64,000 nucleotides of DNA from Sulfolobales archaeon (GTDB lineage: Archaea; Thermoproteota; Thermoprotei_A; Sulfolobales; NBVN01). The stretch is taken from assembly GCA_038832865.1 (NCBI GenBank), contig JAWBJE010000003.1:30775-94774 (forward strand), given 5' to 3'. Shown here one piece after another: positions 59,265 through 64,000 of the stretch. Numbering within the stretch: position 1 is the first letter of the stretch; the number at the start of each line of letters is the position of its first letter. A model generated the notes under the pieces. The model saw only the letters and a list, made by a program, of their open reading frames with translations, ran no database searches and was not told where the DNA came from. Both the position numbers and the translations under genes were made by a program.

Positions 59265-60231
59265 GACTCGAGATCTGAACAGTGTAGCCTATTTCGGAAA
59301 CCCTACTAATCCAAGAGTCACAGCTTACTCCAGCCCTGTTTAGGCTGCTTAAGATTTCTCTCCGTGCGGCCTCAGCGGCAGCATAGCTATCAGTAAACCC
59401 GTAAATAGCCGGTCCCCAACTGCTCTGCCCTATTCCTCGTAAACCATTTTCGTTCATAATTCTGGCTATTAGCTCTCCATACGGACTGCTAAAATATCCT
59501 CCTTGTGCTTGTGAGAAGTATTTACCAGCAACTCTTTGTATAAATTCGACACCGCGCACAAATAGGTCTATTCTCTCTAATCTGGCTCCGACCATCAGTT
59601 CTACTAAAGCTTTGTACAGCTCTCTTTGCTCGTTGACCGGGGTTGGGTTATTCATAAAATCCGCTTCTTCGCTCTCTCTCAGTCCTCTACCCTCAGGTAC
59701 GACGAGTACCACATACCAATGCCGCGGGAATTTCATTAAAGTCAGAGGCTTGGGTACTCCACCATCATGAAGCTTAACGCCGGTGTCCACGGCCAATCCG
59801 CCGTACAGTAGGGTGTAATAGCCGACGCAACTATATTTGCACCTACCCAGCTTAACCAGTAACTCTTCGAGGTTTAGGTCTGTTTTCTTGAGCATAGCGG
59901 AGGACGCTATTGCCGTAGTTAGGTAGACCCTCGTGAGAGATCCGAGACCCACGTGGTGCCTCAGGTACCCCGATATCTCTAGTACACCATTAGTAAGACC
60001 TAGACTTTTAGCTACTGCGGCAACAGCTTCTCTAGCTTCATCTGTGGGTATCTTAAGGTGTAGTTTTCCATCGTTACTAGGAGCTGTTAGCTTTAGTTCC
60101 AAGTAAGGTTCCTCTAAGGCTATACCTATAGACCCGTATGCTATATCGTCATCTAGGTATCTGTAGAAACCTAGGTGAAGCCTATATCCAGCCTTCACAA
60201 CTATTTTCCAAACACTCAATATCGTACCCAA
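59254..60231 (-). CDS. GHMP-kinase-fold protein, beta-ribofuranosylaminobenzene 5'-phosphate (RFAP) synthase-like
   Basis: N-terminal YRLHLGF...YGSIGIALEEP pattern and GLGSLTR (GHMP motif II-like). Lies next to MptE-like and DUF447 genes. Confidence 0.55.
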   Translation of the reverse strand: MGTILSVWKIVVKAGYRLHLGFYRYLDDDIAYGSIGIALEEPYLELKLTAPSNDGKLHLKIPTDEAREAVAAVAKSLGLTNGVLEISGYLRHHVGLGSLTRVYLTTAIASSAMLKKTDLNLEELLVKLGRCKYSCVGYYTLLYGGLAVDTGVKLHDGGVPKPLTLMKFPRHWYVVLVVPEGRGLRESEEADFMNNPTPVNEQRELYKALVELMVGARLERIDLFVRGVEFIQRVAGKYFSQAQGGYFSSPYGELIARIMNENGLRGIGQSSWGPAIYGFTDSYAAAEAARREILSSLNRAGVSCDSWISRVSEIGYTVQISSPRV

Positions 60232-60901
60232 GATCCTTAAGTAGTAAGAGTAAAATCCTTGACCATGATAGCTTAGCTAGCTTTATAGTCGCATTAACTC
60301 GAATACCCGAAGGCTTTACCCACCTACTAACGGAGCCAAAGTTGAAGCCGTATATGAATACTTTTCTAGCACCATAATAGTACGCAAGGAAGACCGCTCT
60401 GTCTCCATCCGTAAATCCCCCAGGGACCTCGACTCTGTGAGAACATTTATATTGAGCTGTCCCAAGCAATAAGCCCCTCATATTAGGGAAAAGCCTCTCT
60501 AAGTATTCTACATTGTCACCATGCGCGTGAACTACAAATAGGGTATCCCTAATTTTCAAAGAGCTTTCCGATACGCCGTCTAGGTCTGTCGTAACTACAT
60601 CTGGAATCACTCCTACCTCTTGGCACTTCTCGAATGCTGCGTCCGCGGCCACTAGGACGCTTCCTTGAGGCTTTGGACAACCGGAGTCGGCCGAATCTCC
60701 AATCACCACAACGCTTCTTCCTCGAAGGAGCTCTACTAGGTGCCTACGGGACTCCGCGACTATGTCCGTCCTCGTCGATAGGAGTAAGTCTAAAACCCGA
60801 CAAGAGTGATAGTCTCTATTTCTATCGAACCCTAGAGTAGTTAGAATACGGTCGTAAACCCCCTCCCAAAACATGGGGTCTCTAAGGTTCAACCACAACA
60901 C
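60182..60901 (-). CDS. MptE-like (DUF115) 6-hydroxymethylpterin diphosphokinase
   Basis: VVIGDSADSG, VTTDLDG and HAHGDN segments are characteristic of the DUF115/MptE family. Confidence 0.6.
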   Translation of the reverse strand: MLWLNLRDPMFWEGVYDRILTTLGFDRNRDYHSCRVLDLLLSTRTDIVAESRRHLVELLRGRSVVVIGDSADSGCPKPQGSVLVAADAAFEKCQEVGVIPDVVTTDLDGVSESSLKIRDTLFVVHAHGDNVEYLERLFPNMRGLLLGTAQYKCSHRVEVPGGFTDGDRAVFLAYYYGARKVFIYGFNFGSVSRWVKPSGIRVNATIKLAKLSWSRILLLLLKDLGYDIECLENSCEGWI

Positions 60902-61544
60902 CCAGGTCTCTCAGCTCTTCGCATATGAGTTTCGCGCACTCGATAAGTTCGCTCGATCCGAGCTTCTTGACCACTGAAATACTGTACTTTAAAGCGTTCA
61001 ACCACTCTTTAGCATCTTTGTTGGATAAGCTGTTAGTGAACTTGCGGGCCCGCAACTTAGTGAAATAGACTAGAGCCTCGATAAGCATAGAGTTAGCTCT
61101 ACTATAGGAAAAGTACTCTCGAACTCCTTCGTATACCTCCACAACACTCATAAACACTAATGCTCTTTGGTCCTCCAACACGATGCGCTTTGGCAGAGCT
61201 TCAATATAGAGATCTACATTTGCATCAAGGACATAGGTAGACTGCCTTCTTCCGCGCTTAAACCGAAGCCTTGAGGGTCGCATGACTACATCGCAGAATA
61301 CTAGAGCATCGTGGGTAAAAGCAAGAGAAACAGCAGAACCTGCTTTAATGTTTCTATACGTCCTAGTGTTTATGTAGGGATACATGACTACCTCACGACT
61401 AATTAATCTAACCCCCATCGCTGCTGCGTGTGGTTCCCCTGACTCTCCAACAGTAACAGCTATAGCCTCATGGTGACCGAACCTAAGTATTTTCTCCAGA
61501 AGGACCTCTCCGTCTTTCATGGTAAGACCTCTCCTACGTTTCAT
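60882..61544 (-). CDS. DUF447-like protein (FMN-binding split-barrel-like, linked to pterin biosynthesis)
   Basis: About 220 aa with HEAIAVTVGESGEPHAAAMGV near the N-terminus. Overlaps the MptE-like gene. Assignment is from memory of the family pattern. Confidence 0.45.
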   Translation of the reverse strand: MKRRRGLTMKDGEVLLEKILRFGHHEAIAVTVGESGEPHAAAMGVRLISREVVMYPYINTRTYRNIKAGSAVSLAFTHDALVFCDVVMRPSRLRFKRGRRQSTYVLDANVDLYIEALPKRIVLEDQRALVFMSVVEVYEGVREYFSYSRANSMLIEALVYFTKLRARKFTNSLSNKDAKEWLNALKYSISVVKKLGSSELIECAKLICEELRDLGVVVEP

Positions 61545-61980
61545 ACGCGCTACTGACCCACCTACGTACGAGGGGACAGAGGTTCCTCAATGTCGAAGTG
61601 CTTGAAACTGTGAAAACCGAGTTTAACACCGCATCCGACATTAATACACCTCCACCCTTTTCCCAAATAGTGTGGATAGCGCAGAGAGCGAAATCGTTCT
61701 CGCTACACCTAGAGTAGGCTCGTTCCCCATGCTTCAAAACCTTTAACGAATTCAACTCCGTCACCGACTAGGGTACTCTGGGAGAACTAAATAACCTTAG
61801 TACTTCAACTCTGGGCATCGAAAATCGAAGTTTCCGCATATCGTCACGATTCAGTTTGTGTCATCTGGTCTAGTCTTAATATAGAGTATGGTAGTTCGTA
61901 TAGCCCTTAGCACCGGGGTTCAGCTCCGAACCGATACCTAGTTTTTAAACGCCCCGGAGACGTGTCTATGGAGTATAAAT

Positions 61981-62382
61981 GTGAAAAGGCTGGTCGTAAT
62001 CGACTCTAATAGATGTGTTGGCTGTGATTTATGTGTTTACGCTTGTACTAGCAGATATGGTTACGCGGGCGTTAGTAAGTCAGCTATACATGTTAGGTCT
62101 GCCGGAGGCGTTGAGAGAGGTTTTGTTGTGATAGTATGCAGGGCTTGTAAGGATCCGCCATGTGCTAGAGCTTGTCCCGTTAACGCACTTGCACTAAGGC
62201 AGGGTGGTGGTGTGATACTAAACCCAAGTAAGTGCATTGGTTGTGGCTTTTGCGTGAATGCTTGTGATATAGGTGCGGTCATGTGGGACTCCGAGTTCAT
62301 GAAGCCTGTGATATGCTCTCACTGCGGTTATTGTGTGATGTTCTGTCCCCACAACGTTCTATCTCTCGAAGAGGTTGAGTAG
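61981..62382 (+). CDS. 4Fe-4S dicluster ferredoxin-domain protein (AOR-associated)
   Basis: Repeated CxxCxxCxxxC(P) motifs (CVGCDLCVYAC, CRACKDPPCARACP, CIGCGFCVNAC, CSHCGYCVMFCP). The AOR gene starts 2 nt downstream. Confidence 0.85.
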   Translation: MKRLVVIDSNRCVGCDLCVYACTSRYGYAGVSKSAIHVRSAGGVERGFVVIVCRACKDPPCARACPVNALALRQGGGVILNPSKCIGCGFCVNACDIGAVMWDSEFMKPVICSHCGYCVMFCPHNVLSLEEVE

Positions 62383-62383
62383 A

Positions 62384-64000
62384 GTGGTCGACTGGGTAAA
62401 ATCTCTCTCTAGAGTTCTCTATATCGATTTAAGCAGAAAGCTATTCTGGGTCGAAAATAGAGAGGACCTCTTTAGTAAGTGGTTAGGAGGTGTAGGTGTG
62501 GCAATACAGCTATATAGAGAAGAAGTGTCGAGAAGAGCGGACCCGTTGGGACCGGAAAATGCGGTGATCTTCGCTGTTGGCCCCCTTACTGGCGTCTACC
62601 CGATGGCTTCTAAAGTCGTTGCCGTCTTTAAATCCCCTCTCAACGGGTTTGTTGCGGAATCTCATGCTGGTGGTAGGGCTGCTACCGCAATAAGGTTCGC
62701 TGGTTATGGTGCCATAGTCATTAAAGGTGTGAGCGATATGCCAGTCTATGTTGTAGTAGATGAAGAGAGGGTGAGATTCAGGGACGCGGGAGCGCTGTGG
62801 GGCATGAGGAGTTCTGAAACCGTGGGCAGAGTTCTGCGAGAAGCTCTTCCGGGTGCGGGCTATAGGACAATAATGAGGATTGGTAGGGCCGGTGAGAGAC
62901 TCATTAGGTATGCTACCTTAACTGTTGAAACTTACCGTCACTTCGGAAGGATGGGACTTGGCGCCGTGCTTGGTTCGAAGAAACTGAAAGCACTTGTAGT
63001 AATCGGTAAGAAGGGGTTTAAGCTACCCGATATTAAAGCCTACAGAGAGGTCTACAGGGAGCTATACGAGCTAACTAAAGGGCCTGGAACCAGGAAGTAC
63101 CATGACCTTGGGACAGCAGCAAACGTGGTACCACTAGACAAGCTGGGAGCTTTACCAACGAGAAACTTCTCTAGTGGGAGGTTTGAAGGTGCTCGAGAGA
63201 TTTGTGGTGAAAAACTTGCGGAAGAAAATCTCTCCAGAAGGCTGGCCTGTACCGCATGCCCTGTAGCATGCATTCACTTAGCTGCCATAAGAGAAGAGTA
63301 CGAGGACGAGAAGTACTTTTATAAGACGGAGTTCGTCCCATACGACTACGAACCAATCTACTCCCTCGGAAGCAACCTAGGGATTAGTGATAGATATGGT
63401 CTGTTGAAACTAATTAAGGCTGTAGAAGATGAAGGATTAGACGCCATAACTACGGGTGTGGTTCTAGCGTGGGCGACAGAAGCTTTAGAAAAAGAAATTA
63501 TCAGCGTAAAAGAGACTCTCGTTGAGCTCAGATGGGGTAACTGGAGAAACTATATTAAGGCGGTTAATTACATAGTGCTACAACCGAACGAGTTCTATAA
63601 ATCGCTAGGACTAGGAGTAGAAGAAGCTGCTTCAAGATACGGTGGACTGGAATTCGCTCTTGCTTATAACAAAGTTGAACCAGCGGGCTATCACACGGGA
63701 CCTTTATTCCACGCCTCCCTAGTCATAGGGTTTAGACACTCACATTTAGACTCTGGGGCATATAGCATAGATCAGAACCTAGCTATTTCGGGAGCCTCGC
63801 TGCCTAGCCCTGAGGATGCTACGAAATTAATCATAGAAGAAGAATCCTGGAGACAAGTTTTAAATTCGCTGGTGGTATGCCTCTTCGCTCGTAGCGTTTA
63901 TACCGGGAAGATCGTTGAGAAAGCTCTGAAAGCGTTAGGTTACGATATTGATGAGCCAGCGTTAATGAACTTGGGTAAGCGGATATACTTAGAGAAGCAT
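62384..64000 (+). CDS. aldehyde:ferredoxin oxidoreductase family (tungstopterin) enzyme, 3'-partial
   Basis: Not in the ORF track because it runs off the window. My translation from the GTG at 62384 gives VLYIDLSRK...WLGGVGVAIQLY...DPLGPENAVIFAVGPLTGVYPMASK...CTACPVACIH, typical AOR N-terminal and 4Fe-4S regions. The frame stays open to position 64000. Confidence 0.85.
   Translation, partial: MVDWVKSLSRVLYIDLSRKLFWVENREDLFSKWLGGVGVAIQLYREEVSRRADPLGPENAVIFAVGPLTGVYPMASKVVAVFKSPLNGFVAESHAGGRAATAIRFAGYGAIVIKGVSDMPVYVVVDEERVRFRDAGALWGMRSSETVGRVLREALPGAGYRTIMRIGRAGERLIRYATLTVETYRHFGRMGLGAVLGSKKLKALVVIGKKGFKLPDIKAYREVYRELYELTKGPGTRKYHDLGTAANVVPLDKLGALPTRNFSSGRFEGAREICGEKLAEENLSRRLACTACPVACIHLAAIREEYEDEKYFYKTEFVPYDYEPIYSLGSNLGISDRYGLLKLIKAVEDEGLDAITTGVVLAWATEALEKEIISVKETLVELRWGNWRNYIKAVNYIVLQPNEFYKSLGLGVEEAASRYGGLEFALAYNKVEPAGYHTGPLFHASLVIGFRHSHLDSGAYSIDQNLAISGASLPSPEDATKLIIEEESWRQVLNSLVVCLFARSVYTGKIVEKALKALGYDIDEPALMNLGKRIYLEKH

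Noticed and set aside
1-64000. CRISPR arrays, rRNA genes, recognisable transposase or integrase genes, and toxin-antitoxin or other defence modules.
   Set aside because: I saw no regularly spaced 24-37 nt repeats, no rRNA-like conserved stretches, and no ORF with transposase, integrase, Cas or TA hallmarks on reading the six-frame translations.

Overview
This window is a dense archaeal chromosomal segment. The gene content and signals fit a hyperthermophilic crenarchaeote-type organism: Orc1/Cdc6, TBP, aCPSF1, proteasome beta, G1P dehydrogenase, an Sm/L37e pair, S6e, ThiDN, an intron-containing tRNA, very GC-rich tRNAs and TATA-like promoters. I call about 60 protein genes, mostly housekeeping or central metabolism. 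These include the HMG-CoA synthase/thiolase/DUF35 operon, LeuRS, ThiC, ThiDN, PyrF, a PiT plus DUF47 pair, an AOR with its ferredoxin subunit, and an MptE/RFAP-synthase/DUF447 pterin cluster. There are three tRNAs: Leu-UAG, Ala-GGC and Leu-CAG with a 14-nt BHB intron. The most unusual locus is 51.6-54.0 kb. There a subtilisin-family protease gene next to tRNA-Leu(CAG) is cut into pieces by ORF-less, hairpin-rich blocks, all in one orientation. The blocks begin with GTTT and end in a shared 23-24 nt motif, and a third copy lies just past the stop codon. Removing the largest block (371 bp) restores the conserved GVAP subtilase motif exactly in frame. The blocks have no terminal inverted repeats, no target duplication and no BHB motif. 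I interpret them as an undescribed non-autonomous element family (IS200/IS605-like logic) or an unknown kind of intervening sequence. Other points worth a second look are listed here. (1) A GC-rich multi-hairpin ncRNA candidate at 56.78-56.90 kb. (2) A 125-nt near-identical tail shared by two otherwise diverged ABC ATPase genes, indicating gene conversion. (3) Two long ORF-poor stretches at 1.18-1.98 kb and 30.9-32.3 kb that look like decayed DNA. (4) Two frameshifted genes. (5) An uncharacterised, internally duplicated membrane-protein operon at 40.5-43.9 kb. No CRISPR array, rRNA or recognisable transposase, integrase or defence gene was seen.
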